From the NCBI GenBank assembly GCA_038231135.1, contig JBBRLX010000006.1, forward strand, positions 96,001-160,000: a stretch of 64,000 nucleotides of DNA, given 5' to 3'. Position 1 is the stretch's first letter; every line of letters starts with the position of its first letter. Source of the DNA: Candidatus Eiseniibacteriota bacterium. GTDB lineage: Bacteria; Eisenbacteria; RBG-16-71-46. The position numbers and the translations under genes are program-made. Of this stretch, positions 34,935 through 45,134 are shown piece by piece. A model generated the notes under the pieces. That model made no database searches. It was given only the letters and a program-made list of their open reading frames with translations, and was not told the DNA's origin.

Positions 34935-36416
34935 ATGCGCGGATCCACTGCCAGTTCTCGGTCACTCCGGTGTTCCCGTGTCACGGCACGCACGACGCTG
35001 CTCGCCGCCACGCTGCTGCTCCCGGCGGGCTGCAGCCTGCGCGCTCATGACCCATACGACGAGTCGCGGATGGATCTCCATCCGAAACCCGCGACGGTTT
35101 CGGACCGCCGCCATACGGGCGCGTTCACCTCGGGTGCGTCGATCAGCACCGCCCCGACCGTGGCGCCGCTGGATGGCGCGACGGACCGGACGATTCAGAT
35201 CGACATCGTCGATCGCGTCGTCGAACTGGCGCCCGGAGTGCGATTCAGCGCATGGACGCTGGGGGGGCAGGTGCCCGGACCCGTGGTTCACGCGCGCGTG
35301 GGTGACACCATCCACTTCAGCATGACGAACCGCAGTGACGAGATAATCCCCGGCGTGGCCTCGTTCCCCATGCCGATGATGCATTCGATCGACTTCCATG
35401 CCGCGATGGTTTCGCCGCAGGACAAGTACCGGTCGATCGCCCCCGGGCAGACCATCCAGTTCGAGTTCCGGCTCAACTACCCGGGCGTCTTCATGTACCA
35501 CTGCGGCACGCCGATGATCCTGGAACACATCGCCTCCGGCATGTACGGCATGTTCATCGTCGAACCGCGCGACGGCTACCCCACGAAGGCGGATCGCGAG
35601 TACGCGGTGATCCAGAGCGAGTTCTACACCAAACCCGACCCCGCGGGCCGCAAGGTGGATGGCGAGCCGCTGTATGTGCTCGACACCGAGAAGGTCCGGA
35701 CGAAGGTCTCGACGTATACGATCTTCAACGGGGTCTACAACGGGATGGTCGAACATCCGCTGATGGCGAAGCCCGGTGAACGGGTACGCCTGTTCGTCCT
35801 GAACGTGGGGCCGAGCAACACCTCGAGCTTCCACGTCGTGGGCACGTTGTTCGACCGGGTGTGGATGGACGGAAACCCCGACAATCAGTTCCGCGGGATG
35901 CAGACTGTCCTGCTCGGCTCGAGCAGCAGCACGATCGTCGAGTTCCGCATTCCCGAGAAGGGCAAATACGTGATGGTGGATCACCATTTCGCCAATGCCT
36001 CGCAGGGGGCGATCGGAGTCATCGATGCCACGGGGGAGACACCCGAGCCTGCGGTCGCCTCGATCGAACACAACAATTTTCCGGCAACGCCCGGGACCCC
36101 CGGCGATCCCGACGCCGTGCAGGGCAAATTGCTGTTCGAGAGCAAGTGTTTCGTGTGCCACACGATCGGTCAGGGGCCGAAGATCGGGCCCGACCTGAAG
36201 GATGTGACCCGGCGGCGCGCGGACATGTGGGTGACCCACTGGCTCGAAGCGCCGGAGAAGATGCTCGCGGTGGACGACACCGCGAAGGCCCTGCTCGCCC
36301 GGTTCAAGATCCCCATGCCGAACCAGAGCCTGTCGCCGGACGACATCCGGCGGATGCTCGCCTATTTCCACTGGACGGCAGGCGGGGAGCTGGCGGGCAA
36401 GCCCGCGGGCGAGTGA
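34935..36416 (+). CDS. nirK: Copper-containing nitrite reductase (NirK/AniA type) fused to C-terminal cytochrome c; lipoprotein
   Basis: GGAGG RBS; LPAG-C lipobox; HSIDFH, YHC, HIASGM, SSFHVVG, VDH ligands; CFVCH heme motif with distal Met (IPMP). Confidence 0.8.
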   Translation: MRGSTASSRSLRCSRVTARTTLLAATLLLPAGCSLRAHDPYDESRMDLHPKPATVSDRRHTGAFTSGASISTAPTVAPLDGATDRTIQIDIVDRVVELAPGVRFSAWTLGGQVPGPVVHARVGDTIHFSMTNRSDEIIPGVASFPMPMMHSIDFHAAMVSPQDKYRSIAPGQTIQFEFRLNYPGVFMYHCGTPMILEHIASGMYGMFIVEPRDGYPTKADREYAVIQSEFYTKPDPAGRKVDGEPLYVLDTEKVRTKVSTYTIFNGVYNGMVEHPLMAKPGERVRLFVLNVGPSNTSSFHVVGTLFDRVWMDGNPDNQFRGMQTVLLGSSSSTIVEFRIPEKGKYVMVDHHFANASQGAIGVIDATGETPEPAVASIEHNNFPATPGTPGDPDAVQGKLLFESKCFVCHTIGQGPKIGPDLKDVTRRRADMWVTHWLEAPEKMLAVDDTAKALLARFKIPMPNQSLSPDDIRRMLAYFHWTAGGELAGKPAGE

Positions 36417-36418
36417 CC

Positions 36419-36895
36419 ATGGGATTCGAGGGATTGGCAGGCAGGGTGTCCGGTCTGGCGGCGGCCGTGTTGCTGCTGGCGGGCATGCGATCGCCGGCGG
36501 CAGCGTGCGGGCACTGCATCGAGGACAAGGTGGCGGCGACGTACGACTATGGGGTACTCACCCGCGCGGCGCGCCGCGGCCACGTCGTCGTGTACACCGA
36601 GATTCGCGGGCCGGCCGCCGGCGCCGGCCCTGCAGTGAGGGCGTTCGTCGTGCGCGCCCTCGCCGCGATGCCCCGAGTCGATCCGGGCACGGTGCGCGTT
36701 TCCCTCGACCCGCCCGCGGCGTCATTTGCATGTGACCCCGCCGGCGATGCACCCCGGAAGCTGATCGAGGCCGTCTCCCCCCGGCTCGCGACGAAGGGGC
36801 TGAGCCTCGTCCTGATCGAGATCGATCAGGGCTCCCGCTCGTTGTGGAAGACCGGCCGTGAGGCAGCACGCCGGATCAACATCGTCGCGCGGTGA
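36419..36895 (+). CDS. Exported CxxC protein, possible metal chaperone
   Basis: Signal peptide then ACGHCIEDKVAATYD; starts 2 nt after the nirK stop. Confidence 0.6.
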   Translation: MGFEGLAGRVSGLAAAVLLLAGMRSPAAACGHCIEDKVAATYDYGVLTRAARRGHVVVYTEIRGPAAGAGPAVRAFVVRALAAMPRVDPGTVRVSLDPPAASFACDPAGDAPRKLIEAVSPRLATKGLSLVLIEIDQGSRSLWKTGREAARRINIVAR

Positions 36896-37308
36896 GATTT
36901 ATCGTTCCGCATATGTCAAGCATGCGCCATGGCCCCACTCCGACTCCGTCGCGAATATGAGTACGGACCAGACCGCAGTCGCAACGAATGACAACTGCGA
37001 TGCGATTGGTGAGTTGGAACGTGGCGGCGGCACGAACGAAACGCGCCAGATCATTGACCACGGCCCCGTTCAGTCGTCATGGTGCTGATATCGTAGAAAC
37101 TAACAGCCCAATGTGAATGCGCTGCGCGGCAGGGACTCATCCATTTGGACCATGCCAGGGGTATCCCGGGGTTTGCCGTCCTGCGGTTCGCTCACAGCAC
37201 CCGCCCGTCTCCAATCGGCCCGTAGCCCCCCATTTCAACACCGGCGATCATGACGTCGAACGCGGACCCACCCCGAGCGAATCGGGACCTTCCGCCAAGG
37301 AGGAACGT

Positions 37309-37989
37309 ATGAGATTTCGCAGAGGTGCGATCGCCACCGCCGTCGCCTGTGCGTCGGCATTCATGTTCACCGGGGTTGCCGCCCAGGCGAGCCCCGCAAC
37401 GCCCGCGGGAATCGGATTGGGCCCGGGGAGCACACTCTGGCTCCAGGGATCCTCGAACCTGCACGAGTTCGAGGCGCGCACGACCGCGGTCACCGTCAAA
37501 CTCACCGGCGATCCCGCCCAGCACGCGCCCTCGACACCGGCCGAGATCGAGTCCTACCTGCGTGCGTCCGGCGTGCGCGGTCTCGAGGTCGACGTGCCCA
37601 CGACGTCCCTGCACTCCGGAAAGACCGGGCTCGACAAGAACATGTGGAAGGACCTGCGGGCCGACCAGTATCCGGCGATCCAGTTCCATCTCACCCACTA
37701 TACGGTGACCCCTCATGAAGGGTCCGGCGACACGCTCGTCGCCAGGGTGGAGGGCGCGCTCCGGATCGCGGGCAAGGAATGCCCCGTGGCGCTGTCGGTC
37801 AAGGGCCACCGCGGCGACGGGGGGCTGTGGTTCGAAGGCAGTCACGCGCTGCGCATGACGGACTTCGGCATCAAGCCGCGCACGATGATGCTCGGCACGC
37901 TGCGAGTCCGGGACGACGTCACCGTTCACTTCCGGCTGCTGCTCGTGCCGGCAGTGTCCGCAGCACCTCTATCCGAAGGGAGTCGATAG
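37309..37989 (+). CDS. YceI-family periplasmic protein
   Basis: GSSNLHEF, LHSGKTGLDKNM, YPAIQF, G.L.IAG, MTDFGIKP; AGGAGG RBS. Confidence 0.9.
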   Translation: MRFRRGAIATAVACASAFMFTGVAAQASPATPAGIGLGPGSTLWLQGSSNLHEFEARTTAVTVKLTGDPAQHAPSTPAEIESYLRASGVRGLEVDVPTTSLHSGKTGLDKNMWKDLRADQYPAIQFHLTHYTVTPHEGSGDTLVARVEGALRIAGKECPVALSVKGHRGDGGLWFEGSHALRMTDFGIKPRTMMLGTLRVRDDVTVHFRLLLVPAVSAAPLSEGSR

Positions 37990-39369
37990 ATGCAGACGCC
38001 GAATCTGAACACCAGACGAGGTGACGTGCGCATGGGACTCGTCATGGCGCTCATGGTGCTGTGCGCCGGTCGCGCGTCCGCCCAGGACGCCGACTCGACC
38101 GAGTTCCACAACCCGTCAGCCCCCAGGGCGACAGCCCGGGCGAATCCGCAGCCGATCGTCATCTCGAACTTCCGGGCGCACGACTCGCGGGGCTTGAACG
38201 TGTTCGAGCCGCCCAAGGAGGAAGGCGTCGAGTACACCGGCTTCAAGCTGGAATGGGGCGCCGCGTTCACGCAGCAGTTCCAGGCACTGCGCCACACGAA
38301 TACGGCGACGCCCAACGTCGTGGGCGGCGTCGACCAGAACCAGTTGATCAAGATCGGTTCCGGCACCAACAACGCCGACGCGAATCTGTACCTGGACGCC
38401 CAGATTGCGCGCGGCATCCGCGTCGCGCTGACCAGCTATCTGTCGTCCCGCCACCACAACGAGACGTGGGTGAAGGACGGCTACCTGCTGATCGACGGCT
38501 CGCCGTGGGAGAACGCGGCGCTGGACCATCTGTTCAAGTACCTGACCCTGCGCACGGGACACTTCGAGATCAACTATGGCGACATGCACTTCCGGCGCAC
38601 GGACAACGGCGAGGCGATGTTCAATCCACTCGTCGGCAACCTGATCATGGACGCGTTCACGACCGAGATCGGCGCCGAGGCGTATCTGCGGGCCAACGGC
38701 TTTCTCGGCATGGCCGCGGTGACCGGTGGAGAGGTGCACGGTCAGGTGGTGCTGCCCGAGCAGCGCTCACCGAGCATCATCGGCAAGGTGGGTTTCGACC
38801 GGCAGTTGACGCCCGATACGCGCGTTCGCCTCACCGGTTCGATCTACACCACGAGCAAGTCGAACAGCAACACGCTCTATAGCGGCAGTCGTGCGGGGTC
38901 CCGCTACTACTACGTGCTCGAGAACGTCAACGCCACCGAGTCCGCGCAGGCGTGGTCGGGCGATCTCCAGCCCGGTTTCAATCACAAGGTGACGGCCTGG
39001 GTCGTGAACCCGTTCGTCAAGTTCCACGGACTCGAGCTGTTCGGCAACATCGAGGAGGCCAAGGGGCGGAAGATCGCCGAGACGACCGACCGCACGTGGA
39101 ATCAGTATGCCGGCGAAGCCGTGTACCGTCTCTGCAGCAATCAATTCTATCTCGCCGGCCGGTACAACGTGGCCAAGGGCCGGCCGTTCGGTTTCACCTC
39201 GGACGTGACCATCAACCGCCTGCAGGCTGGCGGCGGCTGGTTCCTGACGCCCAATCTCGAGGCGAAGGCCGAGTACGTGAACCAGGAATACAAGGACTAC
39301 CCGCTGACCGACATCCACAGCGACGGCAAGTTCCACGGCGTCATGGTCGAGGGCGTGGTGTCCTTCTGA
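37990..39369 (+). CDS. Outer-membrane beta-barrel/porin-like hypothetical protein
   Basis: Signal peptide; alternating beta-strands; KAEYVNQ..., terminal GVVSF; abuts yceI. Confidence 0.7.
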   Translation: MQTPNLNTRRGDVRMGLVMALMVLCAGRASAQDADSTEFHNPSAPRATARANPQPIVISNFRAHDSRGLNVFEPPKEEGVEYTGFKLEWGAAFTQQFQALRHTNTATPNVVGGVDQNQLIKIGSGTNNADANLYLDAQIARGIRVALTSYLSSRHHNETWVKDGYLLIDGSPWENAALDHLFKYLTLRTGHFEINYGDMHFRRTDNGEAMFNPLVGNLIMDAFTTEIGAEAYLRANGFLGMAAVTGGEVHGQVVLPEQRSPSIIGKVGFDRQLTPDTRVRLTGSIYTTSKSNSNTLYSGSRAGSRYYYVLENVNATESAQAWSGDLQPGFNHKVTAWVVNPFVKFHGLELFGNIEEAKGRKIAETTDRTWNQYAGEAVYRLCSNQFYLAGRYNVAKGRPFGFTSDVTINRLQAGGGWFLTPNLEAKAEYVNQEYKDYPLTDIHSDGKFHGVMVEGVVSF

Positions 39370-39380
39370 ACAGGTAGGCA

Positions 39381-40106
39381 ATGATCGCCGCGAGCGACGT
39401 TCGCAACATCAGCATCGAATGCGGTGAGCCCCCGGTCAGGCCGGGGGCCGCTCGCCGCGACCGATCAGGCCCCGCCCGGTTTGCGATGGTCCTGCTCGTC
39501 GTCGCGGGGTTCACGCGGGTCGGGACGGTGCGGGCGAACGACCACGAGCCCCGGGTCACGGTCGACAACGCCGGCAGCATCTGCCGGGTGGTGGGAGAAT
39601 TCGGGGTGCCGGTGCCGGATTCGATCGCGTGGAGCGTGCTCACCGATTATGCCCACATCAGCCGGTTCGTACACTCGATGCGCTCGAGTACCGTCGAGCG
39701 GCGCGAGGGTGACCGGTTGCTCGTCCGCCAGGAGGCGGTCGGCGGCGTGCTGTTCTTTCGGCGCCGCGTCCGCGTGCTGCTCGAGATTCACGAGGAGGCG
39801 GGCCGCCGCATCAGCTTCCACGACGTCTCCGGGCAGGACTTCCACAGCTACTCCGGAGTCTGGCGGATCGCGCGCGTCGGGTCGGGGACGCGCGTGGACT
39901 ACGAGCTGGCGACGGATCCCCGCGCGAGCCTGCCGAAGTCCATGTACCGCGGAATCCTGCGCAACATGGTTCAGGATCTGCTCGATCAGGTCCGCTCCGA
40001 GATGCTGCGACGCTCCGGCGCCCTGGGCGCCGCGGGGCCCGGCGGTCCCGCGCCGCACGTTTCCGTCGCGGATCGCAGCCGTGGCACCATGGCATCCTCG
40101 CCCTAG
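39381..40106 (+). CDS. SRPBCC/START (polyketide-cyclase-like) protein; start may be ~39486
   Basis: AWSVLTDY..I..F, YSGVWRI...GTRVDYEL. Confidence 0.75.
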   Translation: MIAASDVRNISIECGEPPVRPGAARRDRSGPARFAMVLLVVAGFTRVGTVRANDHEPRVTVDNAGSICRVVGEFGVPVPDSIAWSVLTDYAHISRFVHSMRSSTVERREGDRLLVRQEAVGGVLFFRRRVRVLLEIHEEAGRRISFHDVSGQDFHSYSGVWRIARVGSGTRVDYELATDPRASLPKSMYRGILRNMVQDLLDQVRSEMLRRSGALGAAGPGGPAPHVSVADRSRGTMASSP

Positions 40107-40163
40107 CTGCCTGCGCTCGTCGGAGGCAGCCGCGTGAGTCACAGCGTGGACGGAACGGTGACC

Positions 40164-41375
40164 ATGATTGAGTCCCTGCGCGTACTCTGCCTCAACAGCG
40201 GATCGTCGTCGCTCAAGTTCGCCCTGTTCGACATGGGCGACAGCGAGGCGCAACTGGCGTGGGGCGCGGTCGAGTGCATCGGGGCGGCGCCGGCACGGAT
40301 CTGGACCCGGACGGCGGATTCCCGTGATTCCGTGCGCGCCGAAGCCGACATCCCCGACGCGCGGCGGGCGCTCGAAGCCGCGTTCCGCGCGCTCGGGATT
40401 CCCGGCCGCAGCCTGCCGGCGGCGGTCGGCCACCGGATCGTGCACGGCGGTCCCGATCACGATGCGCCCGAATGGATCGATGCGCCGCTCGTCGCCACGC
40501 TGCGACGATTGATCCCCATGGCCCCGCTGCACCTGCCGCCGGTGCTGGATTGCATCGAGGCCGTCGCAACGCAGTTCCCCGGCCTGCCCCAGGTGGCCTG
40601 CTTCGACACCGCGTTCCATCGCCGCATGCCGGAGCTGGCACAGCGCCTCCCGCTGCCCCGCCCGTTGTGGGACGCGGGAATCCGGCGCTACGGGTTCCAC
40701 GGACTCTCGTACGAGTACGTCGTCGAGCAGCTGGGCGCGGCCGGGCTCGGCCGGCTGATCATCGCCCATCTCGGCAACGGCGCGAGCATGGTCGCGGTGC
40801 GCGACGGCCGGCCGCTCGACACGACGATGGGATTCACGCCGGCGGGCGGGTTCATGATGGGGACGCGCAGTGGCGATCTCGACCCCGGAGTCCTGCTCTA
40901 CCTCCAGAGCGCGATGGGCTACGACATCGAGGCGCTCGACCACCTGGTGAACCACGAGTCCGGTCTGCGCGGGGTATCGGGCGGCAGCTCCGACATGAAG
41001 ACGCTGCTCGCGCAGCGCGGCACGGATCCCGGCGCCGCGCTGGCCGTCGAGTTGTTCTGCCATCATTTGCGCAAGAACATCGGGGCGCTGGCCGCGGTGC
41101 TCGGGGGAGTCGACACGCTCGTGTTCACGGGCGGCATCGGCGAGCGTGCCGCCGCGGTGCGGGAGGAGGCGTGCCGCGGGCTCGCGCATCTGGGCATCCG
41201 CATCGATGTGGAACGTAACGCCCAGAACGAGTCCGTCATCAGCGATGCCACGGGCACCTGCACGGTGCGGGTCGTCGCCACGGACGAGGATCTCATGATC
41301 GCGCGGCACACCCGCCGGTTGCTGGCGGCGGGGGCGAAGGGGCGGGAAGCCGGCATGACGGCTCCCGGGGGCTGA
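40164..41375 (+). CDS. ackA: Acetate/propionate kinase
   Basis: LNSGSSSLKF, GHRIVHGG, FDTAFH, RRYGFHGLSY, HLGNGAS, MGTRSGD, FTGGIGE. Confidence 0.93.
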   Translation: MIESLRVLCLNSGSSSLKFALFDMGDSEAQLAWGAVECIGAAPARIWTRTADSRDSVRAEADIPDARRALEAAFRALGIPGRSLPAAVGHRIVHGGPDHDAPEWIDAPLVATLRRLIPMAPLHLPPVLDCIEAVATQFPGLPQVACFDTAFHRRMPELAQRLPLPRPLWDAGIRRYGFHGLSYEYVVEQLGAAGLGRLIIAHLGNGASMVAVRDGRPLDTTMGFTPAGGFMMGTRSGDLDPGVLLYLQSAMGYDIEALDHLVNHESGLRGVSGGSSDMKTLLAQRGTDPGAALAVELFCHHLRKNIGALAAVLGGVDTLVFTGGIGERAAAVREEACRGLAHLGIRIDVERNAQNESVISDATGTCTVRVVATDEDLMIARHTRRLLAAGAKGREAGMTAPGG

Positions 41376-41439
41376 TGCTCGAGGCTTCCACGGGAGTCAC
41401 GCGCAGATCCCCCGGCCCGAATCGTGGGGGCGCCTCCCC

Positions 41440-44004
41440 ATGAACGGCAGCAAGGCCATGGCCGGCAGGGCCGCGAGCCAACCGGCGTTCTGGACCGAGA
41501 GCCTCCCGGCACTCGAGGCCAGGCTCGGCGCGGACGAGGCGGGCCTCGACGATGCCGAGGCGCAGCGGCGCCTCGACGCGAACGGTCCCAACGTGCTGCG
41601 ACCGCGTCACGAGCGGGCGATCGCGCTGCAATTTCTGTCGCGATTCGGCAACCCGCTCATCGTGTTGCTGCTCGCCGCCGCGATCATCTCGGGCTTCACC
41701 GGCGACCGCGCGAGCCTCACGATCATCGCCGTCATCGTCGTGCTCAGCGTCACGCTCGACTTCGTCCAGGAATACCGGGCGGGGCGTGCCGCGGAGCGAC
41801 TCCAGAGTTCGGTGGCGCTGAAGGCCACCGTCATGCGGAACGGCCGCTCCACCGAGATCGGAGCCGACCGCGTCGTGCCCGGCGACCGGATCCTGCTCGG
41901 ACCGGGCAGCCTTGTTCCGGCGGACGGCCGCGTGCTCGAGGCGCGCGATTGTTTCGTCAACCAGGCGCTGTTGACGGGCGAATCGTACCCGGTCGAGAAG
42001 CGTCCCGGTGAACTCGCCGCCGCCGGCGCGGACCTCGCCGCCGCCACCAATGCCGTGTTCATGGGAACCTCGGTGATCGGCGGATCGGCCACGATCCTGG
42101 CGTGTCGAACGGGGCTCCAGACGTCGCTCGGCGAGATCAGTGACAGCCTGGCCGTGCGGGCCCCCGCGACCGCGTTCGAGGCCGGGGTCCGCAGCTTCGG
42201 GCTGCTCGTGCTCCGGCTCGCCATTCTGATGGTGTTGTTCGTGCTGCTCGTGAATGCAATGTTCCACCGGCCGTGGCTCGAATCGTTCCTGTTCGCCACG
42301 GCCCTGGCGGTCGGCCTCACCCCAGAACTGCTGCCGATGGTCGTGTCGATCACCCTGGCGCGCGGTGCGCTCCGGATGGCGAAGCAGCGCGTGATCGTCA
42401 AGCGGCTGCCGGCGATCCACAACCTCGGCAGCATGGACGTCCTGTGCACCGACAAGACCGGCACGCTCACCGAGGCCAGGATCCGACTGCAGCGCCATTG
42501 GGACCCGCTCGGCAAGGACAGCCCCCGGGTCCTCCAGCTCGCCGTCCTGAACAGCTCCATGGGCACCGGGCTCAGGAGTCCGATGGACGAGGCGATCCTG
42601 AGTCACACCGAGGTCGACGTCCGCGACTGGAAGAAGATCGACGAGGTCCCGTTCGACTTCGAGCGGCGCTGCGTCTCGGTGCTCGCCGACGACAGCCACC
42701 GGCGGCTGCTGGTGGACAAGGGAGCGTTCGAGGACATTCTTCGCCACTGCACGAGCTACGAAGCCGGCGGCCCGGAGCACACCCTGCCGCTGGACGACGC
42801 GGCGCAGCGGATGCTGCACGCGACGTTCGAATCGCTGGGACGCGAAGGGTTCCGGGTACTGGGGGTCGCGACGCGCGAGACCGCGCGCGATCAGGTCCAC
42901 GCGGTCGTCGGCGACGAATCCGAGCTCGTGTTCGCCGGCTTCGCCGCGTTCGAGGACCCGCCCAAGGCGAGCGCGGGCGATGCCATCCGGGCGCTCGCGG
43001 CGAGCGGCATCACGATCAAGATCGTGACCGGCGATCACGAGCTGGTGACGCAGCACGTCTGCGCGGAGCTGGGCCTGCCGGTCACCGGCATCGTCACCGG
43101 CGCCGAACTCCAGGGCATGGCCGACACGGCGCTCGCCGCCCGCGTCGAGACCGCGAACCTGTTCTGCCGCGTCACTCCGCCGCAGAAGAACCGGGTGATC
43201 GCGGCGCTCCGCAGCCGCCGCCATGTCGTGGGCTACCTCGGCGACGGCATCAACGACGCGCCGGCACTGCACACCGCCGACGTCGGCATGTCCGTGTCCG
43301 ACGCGGTGGACGTGGCGAAGGAGGCCGCCGACCTCATCCTGCTCGACCAGGACCTCGAGGTGATCCACCGCGGCGTGATCGAGGGCCGCCGCACGTTCGG
43401 TAACATCATGAAATACGTGCTGATGGGAACCAGCTCCAACTTCGGGAACATGTTCAGCATGGCCGGCGGCACCCTGATGCTGCCGTTCCTGCCGATGCTG
43501 CCCGTGCAGATCCTGGTCAACAACTTCCTGTACGACCTGTCCGAGATTCCCATTCCCATGGACAACGTGGACGCCGAATACCTGGATCGGCCACGCCATT
43601 GGGACATGGCCTCGATCCGTAGCTACATGCTCGTCGTGGGTTCGGTCAGCTCGGTGTTCGACTTCCTGACGTTCTACGTCATGCTTCATGTGTTTCACGC
43701 CGGGGAGGCGCTGTTCCACACCGGCTGGTTCGTCGAGTCCCTCGCCACGCAGGTGCTCGTCATCTTCGTGATTCGCACGCGCGGCAACCCGCTGCGTTCG
43801 AGACCCAGCCCCGTACTGGCCGTGACCTCGCTCGCCGTGGTCGCCGCCGCGACCGCCCTGCCGTACACGCCGCTCGGAGCCCGGCTGGGGTTCGTGCCGT
43901 TGCCGGGGCTGTTTTTTCTGATCCTCGCGGGGATGGTGGTCGTCTATCTCGCGGCGGTCCAGGTGGTGAAGCTGTGGTTCTATCGCAAGTTTGCGACGGC
44001 GTGA
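41440..44004 (+). CDS. mgtA: Mg2+-translocating P-type ATPase
   Basis: [47 protein letters not shown]. Confidence 0.92.
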   Translation: MNGSKAMAGRAASQPAFWTESLPALEARLGADEAGLDDAEAQRRLDANGPNVLRPRHERAIALQFLSRFGNPLIVLLLAAAIISGFTGDRASLTIIAVIVVLSVTLDFVQEYRAGRAAERLQSSVALKATVMRNGRSTEIGADRVVPGDRILLGPGSLVPADGRVLEARDCFVNQALLTGESYPVEKRPGELAAAGADLAAATNAVFMGTSVIGGSATILACRTGLQTSLGEISDSLAVRAPATAFEAGVRSFGLLVLRLAILMVLFVLLVNAMFHRPWLESFLFATALAVGLTPELLPMVVSITLARGALRMAKQRVIVKRLPAIHNLGSMDVLCTDKTGTLTEARIRLQRHWDPLGKDSPRVLQLAVLNSSMGTGLRSPMDEAILSHTEVDVRDWKKIDEVPFDFERRCVSVLADDSHRRLLVDKGAFEDILRHCTSYEAGGPEHTLPLDDAAQRMLHATFESLGREGFRVLGVATRETARDQVHAVVGDESELVFAGFAAFEDPPKASAGDAIRALAASGITIKIVTGDHELVTQHVCAELGLPVTGIVTGAELQGMADTALAARVETANLFCRVTPPQKNRVIAALRSRRHVVGYLGDGINDAPALHTADVGMSVSDAVDVAKEAADLILLDQDLEVIHRGVIEGRRTFGNIMKYVLMGTSSNFGNMFSMAGGTLMLPFLPMLPVQILVNNFLYDLSEIPIPMDNVDAEYLDRPRHWDMASIRSYMLVVGSVSSVFDFLTFYVMLHVFHAGEALFHTGWFVESLATQVLVIFVIRTRGNPLRSRPSPVLAVTSLAVVAAATALPYTPLGARLGFVPLPGLFFLILAGMVVVYLAAVQVVKLWFYRKFATA

Positions 44005-44118
44005 CGGAGGCGAGGCTGGTTCGATGCATGTTGCGGTGGGTCCGTCGAGGACGCCGCCGCCGCAAGTAATGGCAAGGGCCTCCCGTCCGGGAGTCATTCA
44101 TGAACAGGAGACTGAACC

Positions 44119-44520
44119 ATGGCAACGCAGGCAGGCTTGTGGATCGATCATCGGAAGGCCGTCATCGTGTCGGTGGCGGATGGACAGGAGGCAACGACCC
44201 AGGTGGATGCCGACGTCGAGAAGCACGTCCGGTACTCGGGCGGCACGGCATCGGGATCTCACGGGTCGCAGTCGGGAGGGGGCGAGGACACGCGGGAGCG
44301 ACGGTTCGAAGGCGAACTCGCGAAGTATTATGACGAGGTGATCGCACACGTTCACAATGCGGAAGCCATCTTCGTACTGGGTCCCGGCGAAGCCAAGCTG
44401 GAGCTGAAGGCGCGGCTCGAGGCCAAGGGGCTGGGGGCCCGCATCGTGGGCATCGAGACGGCGGACAAGATGACGAACCCCCAGGTGGCGGCGCGGGTGC
44501 GGGCGCAGTTTCTGAAGTAG
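44119..44520 (+). CDS. eRF1-domain-2/host-attachment-like (baeRF-like) small protein
   Basis: GLWIDHRKAVIV...YYDEVI...VLGPGEAKLEL...ETADKMT. Confidence 0.6.
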   Translation: MATQAGLWIDHRKAVIVSVADGQEATTQVDADVEKHVRYSGGTASGSHGSQSGGGEDTRERRFEGELAKYYDEVIAHVHNAEAIFVLGPGEAKLELKARLEAKGLGARIVGIETADKMTNPQVAARVRAQFLK

Positions 44521-44593
44521 CCATGGGCTGCTGCGGACACAGCGATGCCGCCGGTGATCGCACGTCGCGATTCCAGGTCACGAAGGAGGTGTC

Positions 44594-45037
44594 ATGAGGG
44601 TGCTGGTGGGTGTGGACGATTCGCCCCATTCGGAATTGACACTGGAGTTCGTGCGGTCGATGTCGTGGCCCGCAGGCTCCACGATCGTCGTCGCCTCGGC
44701 CGCGCAATTGCCGTCCGGGGCCTATTCCGAGACCTATGCGCCGGTCGCGGTGGACGTCAGCGTCTGGCTCAAGGAGCTTACCCAACTCCACGAGGGCATC
44801 GCGTCCCGCGGCGCCCGCAGACTCGCGGAGGCGGGGCTGAACACGCGGGCACTCGTCCTGCAGGGCGATCCGCGCGAGACGCTGGTCGAAACGGCGAGGA
44901 CGGAACACGCCGACATGGTCGTCGTGGGTTCCCACGGTCGTACGGGACTCGAGAAGCTGCTGATGGGCAGCGTGGCCTCGCACGTGGTGACGCACGCGCC
45001 CTGCAGCGTGATGGTCGTCCGGCGACGGGTGGACTGA
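44594..45037 (+). CDS. Universal stress protein
   Basis: [13 protein letters not shown]...GSHGRTG...[16 protein letters not shown]; close paralog of 33232-33672. Confidence 0.95.
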   Translation: MRVLVGVDDSPHSELTLEFVRSMSWPAGSTIVVASAAQLPSGAYSETYAPVAVDVSVWLKELTQLHEGIASRGARRLAEAGLNTRALVLQGDPRETLVETARTEHADMVVVGSHGRTGLEKLLMGSVASHVVTHAPCSVMVVRRRVD

Positions 45038-45134
45038 TGCGCGGTGTGATCATCGCCGGGTTCCGGAACGCGCGGAGTTCCTGACGGAACCCAAGCTGCG
45101 ACATCAGCCGCCGCCGCGACAGGTGCGGGAATCG

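Noticed and set aside
35861..36418. N-terminal extension of the CxxC protein
   Set aside because: Overlaps nirK off-frame; a signal peptide begins at 36419
41293..44097. 934-aa minus-strand ORF (likewise 51563-54172, 24684-27011, 39465-41309, 17639-19426)
   Set aside because: Antisense shadows of well-supported genes in high-GC DNA; Arg/Gly/Ala-rich with no motifs
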